Positions 27,148 through 41,825 of a DNA stretch of 64,000 nt are shown one piece after another. Under the pieces are notes generated by a model, which was not told the DNA's origin, ran no database searches, and worked only from the letters and a program-made list of their open reading frames with translations. Within the stretch, counting starts at the first letter, position 1. Every line of letters begins with the position of its first letter. The DNA is from Octopus vulgaris (lineage: Eukaryota). The stretch is taken from the NCBI GenBank assembly GCA_951406725.2, contig OX597829.1:53258001-53322000 (forward strand), written 5' to 3'. Position numbers and translations under genes: made by a program.

Positions 27148-28343
27148 CACACGCACGCATGTGTGTGCATGTCTGTGTATGCGCACACACTTGTGTGTGT
27201 GCGCATGCACTTGTGTGTGTGTGTGTGTAGCAATCAACTAAGATTCAAAATTGAATCCACATTCTGCCACAAGCCATCAGCCTATTGTTTTTGCCTGTTG
27301 CACTAGGAAATTAATGAGAATAAGCTGACCTCTAGATCTTTCATGAGTCATACATGGGTCAGAACTGATACAGCAGAGAAATCCTTTGCTTTTGGCTTGA
27401 CCTAATTTGATCAGGAAGAATATGAATCAGCTGCAGCAAATAAGTTGTTCTTTTTCTTTGGATCACCTGAAGAGCAACTCTCTCAATATACTGGCAACAT
27501 GCAAGACAGCAGATCTATCACCCTCTCTACATAGCTAGAATTTATTATTCTGTCTCTCTTTAGTAGTAGCTCACAGATGAAGCTTACAATACACAATGGA
27601 CCATGGAACTAGAGACAATTTCTTTACTGCAACCACAAACAATCTGTTTACACAGCTCTATTTTCTATATTATAACAACTAACATAATAATCATATAAAT
27701 AAAAGACCATCTCAACAAGCTAATAATAATGTTCTTCAATCATTTATCTGATGGAATTTACCTGTTACACACAGGCACACACACACATACACACACGCGT
27801 GTGTGAATATATATATACATATACATATATATGTGTGTGTGTGTGTGTGTGTATACACACACACATAAATATACTTCGATTAGAGGTTATGTTAGCCTCT
27901 CTGCTATAATGAATCCATAAACATATGTAAAACATCGAAGGGTATTTTTTCCCCTCTGTAGATATTAAGCTCAGGGCATATAAATTTAATGTTTAATTAA
28001 TTCACTACTCCCAAACATTGATTATTAAGTATTAATATATATTTTACATTTATTAAGACAGTGAGCTGACAGAATCATTAACACACGAGGCAAAATGCTT
28101 TGTGACATTTCATCCATCTTTACGAGTTCAAATCCTGCCAAGGGTGACTTTGCCTTTTATACTTTTGGGGTCGATATAATAAGTATTAGTTGAACATTGG
28201 AGTCAATGTAATCGACTCAACCCCCTCCCTAAAAATTGCTGGCCTTGTGCCAAAATTTGAAACCCATACATATTTTATATTTATAACTATGATATCAAAA
28301 GAAAATTATTGACTATTTTGTTCCCAACAAAATCAGTATTTAC

Positions 28344-28412
28344 CTGAGTAAAATGACGAAGAAGCAAGCCTTTTTCATCAAGTAGTTTCAGAAAATAGTG
28401 TGAAGGGGTTGG
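28344..28412 (-). CDS. SIRT2: SIRT2 exon: PTPSHYFLKLLDEKGLLLRHFTQ
   Basis: 69 nt, cag/gtaaat. Confidence 0.95.
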
Positions 28413-28876
28413 CTGAAGGGAAAAAAAATTTAAGAAAAAGAAAAAAGATCAATATATGCTATGAGAGAATTATTGATTGAATTTGTACATATTAAATATT
28501 ATGTAATTATTAGTTTATTATGTTGTGCATTATTCATTTTATTGTCCTTCAATCGCTTTCTATCAAGTCTTCTCTTCTCTTCTCTCTCATCTATGTCCTA
28601 TAAAACTTGTATCTAATTGTTTTCAATCTTTGAATTCAAACTATCATAATACAACTAATGCTAACAGTTATATTCAAATAAACTAGTGCACTAAAACAAA
28701 CATGAAAATGTATTTTAAATATCTAAATTAAAACTCTAGCAGAGAATGAATTTATGTACTTGGGAAAAAAGACAGACCTTTATCTACAAAGAAAAATTAA
28801 AAGTAACTAATGATGCAAATTTCCTAATTCCCTTTATGCCAAATGAAGCACAATTTTTTACCAAAGCAGAAAAGCA

Positions 28877-28916
<40 letters not shown>

Positions 28917-29400
28917 TACAGCAAATATTCTACTCATTACTACAGATTTACTTGTCAGTTGTTTGACCTTACCCAGTTGACCATGTCCCTTAGTGGCTGA
29001 CGATATGTGCATCTCTGATCACAAGCAGAAGTAGTGGGGAAGCATCATAGCCGTGTGTTGAAAGGAATTCTTAGAGGTTTGAATAATTCACCTCTGGAAT
29101 CATGGGTGTTTCGTTCAACAACCCTCATTCAGGGACCTTTTGAGCAGGATGGGCTACTCGACCTGCAGAAAATTCTAACTGGACCCCCACCTGCAAGGTC
29201 ATGCACTGTTTATCTTGATACGAGATCACCATGTTGTACACATATGGTTGTGATGCATGTGCTGTGCCTGGCATATCCTTATCAGATGGGTAGTCATGAT
29301 GGGTATATTGGGCTTTGTATATTTTACCCCAGTGTCACTTTACTGACATGCACTGCTCTCTCACTCAATAATACCGATAACAATAAAAATAATAATAATA

Positions 29401-29445
<45 letters not shown>

Positions 29446-29926
29446 GCTGTTGTTGTTGTTGTTGTTATTTTCCTAGACCGAGTGGTGTGTTGTGTTCTTG
29501 AGCAAAACACTTCATTTCATATTGCTATGCAGTCATTTCAACACCTGACATGTGACACACTTGTCCAGGTAATGTTGATTTGATGGAGGAGAGAGTGAAC
29601 TAATGTACAGCACATACATTTGATCACTATAAACAAATTATTGGTGCAGGTTGTTTGGCAAACATTGAAGACTCATATGTTGTCTTCGTCAGAAGAGTCC
29701 ATCATTATTAATATTTTTATTATTAAGCTGGCAGAATCGTTAGCACATCAGACAAAATGCTTAGTGACATCTCGTTTGTCTTTATGTTCTGGGTTCAAAT
29801 TCTGGTGAGGTTGACTTTGCCTTTCTTCCTTTTGGGGTCAATAAAATAAGTACCAGTTGAGTACTGGGGGTTGATGTAATTGACTTATCCACCTCCCCTA
29901 AAATTTCAGACCTTGTGCCTATAGTA

Positions 29927-30211
29927 CACTGGTTCCCAAACTTGTTTGGGCTGCCACCCACTTGACACCCAGGCCACATTCCTAGCACCACCCCGACCAA
30001 CTAGCCATTACAAACACAGACCTCTTTCTGAAGCAAATTCAAAGCAAACGTATTTCACAAATAAAACTTAACCTAATAAACCCATTATTTTGTTGTTTTT
30101 ACATGAATTGCTACCCCCATTATCACCCAACTTTTCTTCAATGCCCTCTTGGAACATTCCACTGCCCCCCTGAGGGGAAGGGGTTAATACCGTCCACTTT
30201 GGGAACCACTG
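29927..30211. mobile_element. hAT (Charlie-like) MITE inserted in a SINE tail
   Basis: TIR ca(c/g)tggttcccaaa and perfect 8-bp TSD ctatagta. Confidence 0.85.
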
Positions 30212-30424
30212 CTATAGTACAAAAAGATTTTTTTTTTCTTTTGACAATGCTATGAAAAAGCTGAATAAAAAATAACCAGATGTATCAAGCAACAAAAAAC
30301 TCATGACAACACAGATAAATTCATAGCCAAAGTGAGTAATGTAGCAAAACCTTGTCTATTTAGGGCTTCAACTGCCATCAAACATAGAAACCGTTCCATT
30401 AGTAATGTCTTTATTGCAAGCATA

Positions 30425-30936
30425 TCTATATATATAAAACTGTAGTTGTGTGAGTGTCTGTCCCCTTCGATTTAGATTCTTAACTACTCCCACATTTTGC
30501 GGTGCAGTTTAACCAAATTCGGGTATCTTATAGTCGTGATTCATATCGAGCGCGTCTGGCTATTAGCGCTCGTCAACGATGAGTCTACGATTTTAAAAAT
30601 AATTTAACATCATTTATTATTCCATTTTAATGCATAATTTTTCATGTATCGATGGCGGCGGAGTTGGCGTCCACGGTCACACCTGCACCTGTTTGCTTCT
30701 CCCCTTCTTCCCTCCCTCGTGAAGCTGTGGGGAAGGGAGTGTAAGGAAATCAACGTCGTAAAGCGTTGTCAAGGAGACCAGCGTTCTTTTAGAACAACGA
30801 CTTCATGGCTTGAAGACACCAAAACAGAAATGGCTAAGAAAGCCCGAATTGGCATCTATAAGGGAAGTAACTCTCTAAAAATGCTTATATAGTTATTTCC
30901 CTTACAAACCCGAGCAACGCCGGGCGATACTGCTAG
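30425..30936 (+). mobile_element. Non-autonomous Helitron
   Basis: A|TC start; same 3' hairpin + CTAG|T end as 3838-5380. Confidence 0.87.
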
Positions 30937-32252
30937 TATATATATACAATGCTATCTGTCAGAGATTAATAATATTTTAGAGCTGTGGTTAGATGAAACT
31001 GATTTTAATGATTTTAGCACTTAAATCGGCCTTATCCTGTCCGTTTCTGCCTGTTTTGTGTTTAATTCAATCACATTTGCCCTCTCACACCTACCCTACA
31101 ATATTATTCTAAAACTAAGCAATCACATCATGGAAATTTTCAAAGCAACAACATTATGCATAATCAATTGAAAACAAAGTGAATAAATAAGCCATACATT
31201 TGACAGAGTAATCTGAATGCTAAAGGGTCAAATGAATGTTCCAAACAAATTGATAACCAAAGAGATTATAGTTCACATTCCACTGAGTCTTGCATCTAAG
31301 AAAACTCAGTTTATGTTTTGTAGTGGTTAACATCATGACCAATCACAGAGTCCGGCAGAATCAGCATCAGGCAGAAGATGTAAAAAAAAAAAAAAAAAGG
31401 GACACTAGATGATTTGCCTATCAAAAAAAATAAGAAATCAGCAACAATTAAGAAAAAAATAATCAACTGAGGGGATTTTGCCAAAATCAAATTCTAGTCT
31501 CAAAAATTAGTGACAATAGCAGGAACCTAAATGCAACAATAAATGAAATAGCATTCTATATATCTTACTTCACGTGGATACATTAAACTGTGGTATTTGT
31601 TTCAAGACAGCATCTCATATAGATGTATAGTGTTAAAAAGAACAGAAGTATATCAGCGGTAGGTGGAAAGTGTCCAGCTGTAGCAACAGAATGGAAATGC
31701 TGAATCTAGATTTCTGCTTCTTTAAGCATCATCAACAGCATTTATCCACTTGACAGCAACACGCTTAGACAACTTTAGTCTTTACTGATAGAGAAAAACA
31801 GTGATTAACAAATCATTAGAGGAGGAGGAAGGGCGGAGGAGAATGAGAGGTAGAGAGGTGGAGGGGAGAGAAGGGTGGAGACGAGGGGAGGGGGGAAGAG
31901 GGAAGTAGGAGAGAGGGAAGGTAGGGAAGATGGAAGTAGGGGAGGGGGGGAGAAGGCTAGTAATGATAAGAATAAGTTGGATACACATCAAGTGAGCTTA
32001 GGATGTTTAATGTATTTTGTTTGTTTTCATTTACTTTATCAGGTGGAATCAGAATGAAAAAAATTAAAATGAACTTCATGATTTTTTTCTTAATCAACTA
32101 TCTGAAGAATTAGAAGAATTAGGGTTGTTACTTTTTTGGCATTGGTGAATGATAATACAAGAACATTTCAAAAACCAAATTAACAATATGTAGAATGATT
32201 TAATATAAATATCATACACAAGTAGACACAACTTCATCAGTTATGAACTTAC

Positions 32253-32309
32253 CTTCAAATCAGAAGGCCACATATTTTTAACAAGCTTGAAGAACGGTTC
32301 AGGACATTC
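32253..32309 (-). CDS. SIRT2: SIRT2 exon: ECPEPFFKLVKNMWPSDLK
   Basis: 57 nt, ag/gtaagt, PEPFF motif. Confidence 0.93.
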
Positions 32310-33409
32310 CTAAATAAAAAAAATTAAAAAATAGATAAATGTACATTAATTGAGATTTATAGAATCAATATTTGAGAATGCATACAATTACCAATATTTA
32401 GTTGAAAAACATCTTTTCTTCTAACATTTCCTTGACATCTACACTCTAGATAATACATTAGGTTCACTTATAGAGATCTCAATGTCACTTTCAATTTATC
32501 ATAATGGAAAACTATTTTGTCAGAAGGCTGAACACGTGCACAAGAATGAACATGTCTTTATAATTTAGTGCTTATAGCTGGGTAACCTTGTTTTTGTTGT
32601 GGTGTAAGTATCATGGATTCAGAATATGATCAGGCTTTAATTTAAAATTCTTTATTGGGACTAAAATATAATGTATATCACTAACTTTGACCCTAAAATC
32701 TCTTAGTATAGTTTTAGAAGTTTATACTTATCTTTAAATCAATAACATAATGGATAAAATATAGGCTTTAATGCACTATTCTGGAAAATGGGAGAAAAAA
32801 ATAGGACAGACTGGAAATGATGTGAATATTTGTGATCATGGATCTATCTAATCAGGGTCAATTTGAGGTTAAACAACCTGGGCAAAATCCATACAATTGT
32901 AAACCCTTACAGAAACCAAAGTGAAGCTAGATCACAAAATCCATCATTCACCAACACTACATGCCTATGTACCCTTTCTACCTTCTAGTATATTTACTGT
33001 TCAGTTTTATCTTTTTTTTCTTTTTCTGATATATTCTATGTATTTGTAACTATCATTGCTGTTTTTCTTTCTTTAGTTGAATTAGTGCTGCTTTCTCTTC
33101 TTTTACTCTTTTCTGATAAGTTGTAGTGCAATTAAGCACTAACTACAATTAGCTCATAATTATTATTATGATTATTATTATATATTGTGCCTCTATAATT
33201 TTACTCACAAAATATATATGACTATATAAGTCACTAAAACAAACTATTGCAACAGTTTTTGATAAGTATCTGAAGAAATTATAAAGAATAACTTAAAAGT
33301 GAAAACTGTAATAATTTGAAATGTATTAAATAAAAAATGTCATTATCTGAACATTAAATAGTAGACTAATGTCCATAAATATGAAAATTTGAAAAATGTA
33401 CCAATTTAC

Positions 33410-33516
33410 CCTAAAAAAATTGATTTCGAAAATTGCTTGTGGATGGGGAAGATTGTATTTTTCTAAATTATCATATAAACCTGACACTGGACTTCGAAAG
33501 TCTGGTATTCCAGCAG
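33410..33516 (-). CDS. SIRT2: SIRT2 exon: [36 protein letters not shown]
   Basis: 107 nt, ag/gt boundaries, GIPDFRSP motif. Confidence 0.96.
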
Positions 33517-34068
33517 CTAAAAAAAAAAAAAAATAATAAATAAAAAAAATTTAGTTTTGCAGAATAAGAAATATTTTCATGAACATTGAGATAATTAAAA
33601 TATATCATTTAGTATTTATTATCTTTCAGCAATTTTTGGTAGATAATTATTCAATGATTTAATTCTCCAATTTCACCATGTAAGAAGTTGAGAAACAAAC
33701 AATATCAACTATTTGGATAAGCTTTTTTGTTTTTAAAAAAAAAAGAGAGAGAAACTAAGTTAGCTACAAAGGTGACATAATAAGTCTTGAAAATGATATA
33801 AATAATTTAGACTCTGTGATATGAATGGGTTGTGTGGTGAGAAGGTTGCTTCTCGACTACATGGTCTCAGGTTCAATCCCACTGCATGGCACCTTGGGCA
33901 AGTGTCTTCTTCTATGGCCTCAGGCCAACTAAAGCCTTGTGAGTGGATTTGGTACATGGAAACTGAAAGAAGCCAAACGTGTGTGTGTGTGTATGGTGTG
34001 TGTGTGTATGGTGTGTGTGTGTGTGTGTGTGTATATATCAAGGCACATGGCTTATTGGTTGCATTCAT

Positions 34069-34222
34069 GATTGTGAGATAATGAGTTCAATTCCCAGTTC
34101 TATTGTGAGATAATGAGTTCAATTCCCAGTTCTATTGTGAGATAATGAGTTCAATTCCCAGTTCTATTGTGAGATAATGAGTTCAATTCCCAGTTCTATT
34201 GTGAGATCATGAGTTCGATTGT
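34069..34222 (+). repeat. 32-bp tandem repeat x ~4.7 containing a Pol III B-box
   Basis: Unit attgtgagataatgagttcaattcccagttct; ttgtgaga recurs at 34071/34103/34135/34167/34199. Confidence 0.9.
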
Positions 34223-34449
34223 GTTATGTTCTTGAACAAAGCACTTCATTTCACGTTGCTCAGCGATCATTTCATCACCTGACATGTGGCACCCTTTGCA
34301 CCTGTACAGGTAATGTTGATTTGATGGTAAGAATGAGCTTATGTCTACACAAACATTTGATCAGTATAAACAAATAATTTGTGTGGTTGTTCAGCAAGAA
34401 ATTGCCAAACCCTTATATGTTGTTTAACGACGGGAGAATTCATCATATA

Positions 34450-34480
<31 letters not shown>

Positions 34481-34481
34481 A

Positions 34482-35712
34482 TGAAGGGGTGCTGAGAAGT
34501 TCCTGGCTTTAAGGGTATCATGAAAGGGTACAGATGTTACCTTTGCAGGGGAGGTAGGACAACTATTTAGAAGATATGCAAAAAATCATAATAGAATACA
34601 ATATATTTTTCTCTTTCTTTCAGATTAACACATGATGGCAGTTCCTACAGTGGATTTTGGTAAAATTGAAGCACAGGTGGTCATGAAGTTCCTCTTTTTA
34701 CAAGGCAAAGGAGCAACAAAAATCCATGGCAAGATGAAGGAAGTCTGAAAGACGGCTGCCCATCTTACTCCACAGTGAAAATCTGGATGTCAGTTTCAAA
34801 CTGGTCGTTTTGAGGTTACAGATGAACCCCAGTCAGGACAGCCAACTTCCGTGACCACAGATGACAAAGCCAGTTCCATGCACATCATGATGCTCAAGAA
34901 CCACCAGATTTCAGCTAAAGTCACAGCTGAGGCTCTGAGGATTTCCTGTCAAAGAATTGACCACATCGCACACACATTCTGGACATGAGAAAGATTTCTG
35001 CAAAATTGGTGTCAAAATGCCTGAACACTACATCAGAGTGATGACATCAAAGGCAATTTTTAACTGGCTTGCTGTGGGTGAGGCTGACTTTGTGGTTCGG
35101 TTAGTCACCATGAAACTTGGCTTCATCATTATGATCCCCAAACCAAACACCAATCACTGGAGTGGCACCACAGCAGTTCAACATGTTCCAAGAAGTTTCA
35201 GACCCAGCAGTCATCTGGAAAGATTCTGGCTTTAGCGTTCTGGGACAAAGATGGAATACTCTTCATAAAACACCTGCCAATGCAGAATACTACAAATCTC
35301 TGTTGGATGAAGTGTGTGAAGCTTTGAAGCAGAAATGCCACAGAAAGCTGGGCCATGGTGTCCTGTTTTTGCAGGACAATGCACCAGCACACAAATTACA
35401 TGAAACTCTACAGAAAATACTTTGGTTTTAAATTGGTAGACCACCCATTTTACTCTTCTGACCTGGCCCTCCCTGACTATCACTTCTTTCCACAACTGAA
35501 GAAACATCTCAAGGGAATGAAATTTCACTCCAATTCAGAAGTGATCGCTGATACAGAAGCCGAGCTGGAGACCCAAACCTCCAAGTTCTTTTTAAAGGGT
35601 TTAGAAAAACTGAAGAATCATTGCAATAAGCCTGTGAAACTGAGAGGAGAATATGTTGAATAAAATCATAATTAACTCCTCTATTTTCTTTTACCCAAAG
35701 CCAGAAACTTTT
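34482..35712 (+). mobile_element. Mariner (DD34D) transposon fossil
   Basis: Frameshifted QDNAPAH and HPFYSSDLALPDYHFFPQLKKHLKG. TIR remnants aagttcctggcttta / aaagccagaaacttt. Confidence 0.88.
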
Positions 35713-35819
35713 CCGTTTGTGTGTGTGTGTGTGTGTGTGCATGTGTGTGTGCGCATATATATATATGTGTGTGTATGTATATGCATACATATATATATGC
35801 ATGTATATACATATATATA

Positions 35820-35865
<46 letters not shown>

Positions 35866-38684
35866 CACACACACATACATATATATATATGCATACATAT
35901 GTGCATGTGTGTGTGTCTTTGAGTCTATGTCATGTTCCTTCACCACCACTTGACAATTGGTGTCGGTGCATTTATGCTTCCATGACTTAGTGGTTCAGCA
36001 TAAGAGACCAATAGAATAAGCACCAGGCTTAAAAGAATAAAAAGAAATGCTGGGGTCAATTCATTCAACTAAAATTCTTCATGGCCACAGGTAATCACTG
36101 AAACAAGTTAAACATAAAAGACCTTTGGTGTATGGGCCCAGGTCAGCTATGATAAAGTGAACCCATGGCAGGCAGGTAATCGGCTGAATGACAAAGTGTT
36201 TCTATTGTTCCAGATATCTTCCTCTCCAGAGAGACCATATTTCTATCTAGCTGAGGATTTCAATGAAAACTTCATTCCACAATAATCATTGAAATTCTTC
36301 AAAGCTCAGGCGAACTCCACAATGAAGCATTGCTCTCTGCTCCTTGAATCTGGATGACTAAAGCCCCTAACATATATATCTTATCAATATATATTTGCAT
36401 TAAAGTACAACTTTGTGGAGCAAATTGAAGTTATTTATGCAGCTCCTACTTTTTTTTTTAGCTGTATTCAGTTATATCGATTTGGCCAAAGTAGAACAGG
36501 ATAGTATTTTTTTAGGACAAAGTTGTAAATGTATGTTTGTTTGAAGATTATTGTAAATGTATTGGCAAAAGGTGTGTGGCCTAGTGGTTAGAGTGATGTA
36601 CTCACCATCACCAGATTGTAGGTTCGATTTCCAGACCGGACAACATGTGTTTTTGAGCAAAACACTTCATTTCTCATTGTTTTATTGCTGTGTGGAGAGC
36701 AGCAGGTCAAAGAATTAGACCCAGCATTTCCTATATATAACATAAAAAGTAACTAAAAGAAGTTGATGTAGGATTTGCACTCTAACCTCATAAAACCCTC
36801 ACCAACAATGCAAACAGACCCATGAGTTGGAAGGTTGTCACCTGAGTGATGCAAAGGTGTCATCCACCAAGAGAAGGGTAACACCAACAAATGGTGAATG
36901 CTGCAACATGCTACTACATCACATGCCCCTATACTATGACTACTACTGCTACTACAATTGGCAGAAACTGTGAATATTGGACTTAGTTGCAACAATAACT
37001 TTTTTATTAAAAATTTTTATTAAGTAACTGTTTTACCTGTTTAAAATATTAGACATTAATTTTATTTCTTTATTGCCCACAAGGGGTTAAACATAGAGGG
37101 GACAAACAAGGACAGACAAAGAGATTAAGTCAATTACATTGACCCCAGTATGCAACTGGTACTTATTTAATCGACCCCGAAAGGATGAAAGGCAAAGTCA
37201 ACCTCGGTGAAATTTGAGCTCAGAATGTAACAGGAGATGAAATGCCACTAAGCATTTCACCTGGCATGCTAACGATTCTGCCAGCTTGCCACCCTAATAT
37301 AAAACATTAATACTAATAAAAGTTTTTTAAAAATTTTACAAGTTGGTAAATTTAATATCAGTATCATACTTCTCTTGAAACTCTTTCATCCTTGAAAGTT
37401 TCCAAGAAAGCTAATCCTGAAAAATTTACATTTGCTACAGTTTAGTATAAGATGAGTTTTTTTGTTGTTTTTTTAGCATGCTAAAAACTGTTGCATATTA
37501 TCCTTATATTTTGAGCAACACAGCTGGGTACATAAAAGATGAAATGGAATTTCTCGTAATCTGACTGGGAATCATGACTTGAAATGTGATAAGATGTAAA
37601 GGCATATTTTCAATAGGTTCAGCCATGAAATGTAGTCCATAACCTGCTCAAACACTTCGCTAAATGTAGTTAATATTTCCTATAACCCAGGTGATCAGAT
37701 TTGTATTGAAGATTGATGAGCAAAATATCTATCAGCTAGCTGATAGTATATGGAAAGGGCAAAATTTCAGGGGGTTGTTAGTTAGAAAGAGTTCTTTCTC
37801 ATCATGGGAGAAACAAACATCTTGTGAATGGAATGAACCATTAGTGTTCAATTAAAATGTATCATGTTCTGCTGGTATAAAAGAACATAGGATATATGGA
37901 AAGAAATGATGAGCTTTAATAGAAGAGATGATATGCTGTATAATACACCTGTCCAATCATTACAGAAACAGCCACACCATTTTTCTTCTTTTTCTTCTTC
38001 TTGCAGCAAGCTGACAGAGAAATACCTGATCACTTAACAATTGTGGGTCCACCACCTGTCGCAAGGTTCTACGAATGTGTAACCATTCACTTTTACACTT
38101 TCTATTCCAGTAAACAAAAGAAGCATTCGATAATGTGTGTTATTTCCGAACTTTACCAAATATAGTAATCTGTTCCAATCTAAAAATCTGGCAGAAACTT
38201 CATCTGCAAATCAAACTGGAAAATCTTAATTAAGTTGAATATAACCAATAAATTTTTTTTTTAATTCTGTGTACAGATTGTATTTTATAAATCATATACA
38301 GCTTACTTCTGACTTGATGATGATGATGATCATGCTCTTGTTCAATGGAGCTGGGGTCAACCGAAATTAGTGATCCCAAAGGCACTATCATGCATAGAGC
38401 AGACTAGGTCCACCAATGCACCACATTGCTGGCAGTCCCATACCAATCCCTCTGCATGCCTCTGGAGATCTTTCTCAATCACATCCAGTCATCTGGTACA
38501 GGTCCTGCCATGGGGCCTCTTCCAGTCCTTCCAAAAACTCAATAGCAGTGCTGAGAGTTGTATGCAGGTAAAAAGAAAGGACTCAACGTGGTGCCTCATC
38601 AGCTTCTGAGTTTGTGGTAACAAACTGAGTATCAATCAGTAAAAGGAATCAGTCTTATGAAAAATATGAATATAGTACTAATTT

Positions 38685-38757
38685 GTTAACACCAATATTA
38701 CTAAAAACGTTAACACCAATATTACTAAAAATCGTTAACACCAATATTACTAAAAAT
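38685..38757 (+). repeat. 24-25-bp tandem repeat x3
   Basis: gttaacaccaatattactaaaaa repeated. Confidence 0.85.
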
Positions 38758-39339
38758 GTAAATAAAATTTAATTTCCAGTTTAACAATTTACTGATCTTA
38801 AAGTTATAAAATCTCAAGAATAACAGCAAATAAAAAATTTAAGGTGGTCTGAGGTGAGTTTCACATAACATAAATTTACACATGTCTTTGAATTTCAGAT
38901 TGTTACAGAATTATTGAATAACTGTGAATGTATAATGTTAAAAAGATATGACTGTTAAAAATACTATTAAAATACAATAAATTTCTGATGACACATTTAC
39001 TTGAATATTGACTGGTAGTAATGTTTACCATACTACCAATTACACCACCAATCAATAAATCATATTTAAATGTATAAATGTTATGTTCAATAAAACTAAA
39101 AGGACCTCAGAAATAGCCACTTCATGGCTTAAAATTTCAAAGCTTTTCTAAATATATACAACAGGGACAAACTGAAAGTAATTTGTTTAATTCTTCTAAA
39201 GCCTAATCTTTGTGTCTTTTCAAACAATATTCACAACTTTGAGGAATTGTAATGGAAAGGAATCAGATTTCTGGTATTTTTGCATATGAATTTTTGAGTT
39301 CTTTGAAAGAACTATAATGTATCGTATTTAATGCCTAGT

Positions 39340-39384
<45 letters not shown>

Positions 39385-40173
39385 AATCATCGTTTAACGT
39401 CTGTTTTCCATGCTAGCATGGGTTGGACGGTTCGACCGGGGTCTGCAAAGCCAGGAGGCTGCACCAGGCTCCAGTCTGATCTGGCAGTGCTTCTACAGCT
39501 GGATGCCCTTTCTTACGCCAACCACTCCGTGAGTGTAGTGGATGCTTTTTACGAGCTACTGGCACAGGTGCCAGGGGAGGCTGGCAATGGCCACAATTGG
39601 TTGGTGCTTTTTACATGCCAGCGGAATGGAAGCCAGTCAAAGAGGCGCTGGCATCAGCCAAATACGGATGGTACTTTTTACATGCCACCGGCACAGAATC
39701 TCTATATATTTAATGTCTCTATATATTTAATGTGTTGCATGCTAGTGATAGAAAAAAATGACTCAACAAATGTTGTAGCAAACTTAATATCAGTGAATTA
39801 TAATGGCACATATTAGATGATGTCTTTAAGTAATAGGGCAGACGGTTACTGGATAATGATAATTAATATTATTTACATGTGGTGACAGTAGATGGGAGCT
39901 AGAGAAGAGAAAGATCATGGAGGAATGAATGTGTGATGAGGAATATAGTAGCAAAAGGAAGCTAATCCTATTGTGTTTTATAGATTGTTCTTGCATCATA
40001 AAAACCATAAGTTAAAAAAACATTTCATAAAATATATGATCTTCTGATTAGAAATCAAAAAATATATATATATATATTTATCAACAAAAACAATCACTGA
40101 CAGAAATGGACAGAAAGGTCACAACTGAAAATAGCAAAAAGAACAAAGACACAAAGAGAAAAATTTAACCTAC

Positions 40174-40323
40174 ATGTTGATAATCCAGCACCAGCCATTG
40201 TTATGATATTTTTACATTTATCACTCTTAATATATTGAGCTACGCCTTCAATAGATGGCTCACCCAAGACTTGTTCAGTAGCACTGAGGCTCAAGTTTTC
40301 AAACAGGTTACGAAGCCAAAAGC
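40174..40323 (-). CDS. SIRT2: SIRT2 exon: FWLRNLFENLSLSATEQVLGEPSIEGVAQYIKSDKCKNIITMAGAGLST
   Basis: tttacag acceptor, gtaggt donor, 150 nt. Contains the NES-like LRNLFENLSL and the GAGxS NAD-binding motif. Confidence 0.93.
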
Positions 40324-41825
40324 CTGTAAAGGAAGTTGAAATTATTTGAAATTAAGAATGTAGCAACAAAATAAGATATGTTAGTGTTAGCAAATATTTA
40401 GTCCAAGAGTTTGAAGTTTAAATATCATTGCTTAAATTAAATTACTATTCTCAATACTTGAAAGATAAACCTGAATATTTAGAATTAAATAATTCTGGTA
40501 ACTTCAAAGTACTACAAGGCTCCATTTCTCAATACAGAATTATCATGAATCACGTCATGAACCTTTTAACATGTTTTTTCTCAGCTTACTTGGTTTTGAT
40601 AAATACAAGTCACCAGGTGACTACTCAGAATCATTTCCTCATTAAAAACCCAAAACAGAATTCTCTAATGAGATTCACAAAGGAATACTGCTCCCAGATC
40701 TTAGAAGGTACTGCTCCTTACACAGCCTTGATTGCATTCATAAAAGATCACCTAACAAATTGGCACAATGTTACCAACACTTTCCAGCCTCTGGCTCAAA
40801 AATGTGCTTTCTCCTAACTGCTACAAAGTGGCCTTTGCTTCTCAAATATGGTTGAGCTTGCACCACCTTCACTCAAGCCCACTGATGCACTCACCTTCCC
40901 TCTTTTCATCATCCATCAATCTGCCCAGACCCTTCTTCCCCAAACAATTATTTCTATGAAATTCCCTACTTTCTCGTGTTTTTCCTATAGCCATCAACTT
41001 GGAATTGTTCAAGAACATCAATTCCTTTGATCTCAATAGTCTCTAAGAGCCTACACAGGCCATAGAAATAGTCCCTTCCTCAGACCAATCAAATTTCACC
41101 TTGCTAATTGCTCTCAATACTTCTGTAGTGAATTGATTCCTAGATTCTTAGCTAGAATTCAAAACCCAGCCTAGATTTTTCTCTGAGTTCTTCTTTATTA
41201 TTCTCAGCATTAGCACTAACGAACTTATGAGAGCCAATGGTTAATCTTTGACCATTTTGAGTCAGGCTCATTTCAAAGTAGATAACAGATGCAAAAACCC
41301 TGTGTTTAGCCTGACCTAATTTAAGCAAGAAAATATTATAAATACAGGACACAAGCTGAATTCTACTTCTTTCGCCTGGTCCCTGGCCAAAAGTAGCACT
41401 TCACGTATGGCTTATCACCAAAGGACTATACAACTTTCACCCTCTCTACTTATCAACACAGAGAGATAAAACCTGTTACTCTTTCTCTTTCCTTCTTCCA
41501 TCTGCCTCCTAGCTGTCACTCACACATGAACTCAACTACCTACAAAATGGATAACAGAACTGCATTTAACTGTCAATTCACAAAACTTTCATATTGACAT
41601 TATTATAGCCAAGATATGACTGCATAAGTGCAGTCACTTCTCCTGGACAATGTTTTTTTTTTCAGCCTAGTTCTCAAAATTTAATTAGTCTCAGCATGAC
41701 TCTTAAGTTATCATCTGAATTCTAATAAATTATATTCAATGAGTCTTCTCCAATTATTGTGGACTCCTTTCATTGCCCATGCTCTCGTTTTTCTACTGGA
41801 TCTGTTGAAATGTGATTTCAAGAGA

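Noticed and set aside
34069-34222. CRISPR-like 32-bp repeats
   Set aside because: There are no unique spacers and no cas genes, and the context is eukaryotic; it is a plain tandem repeat.
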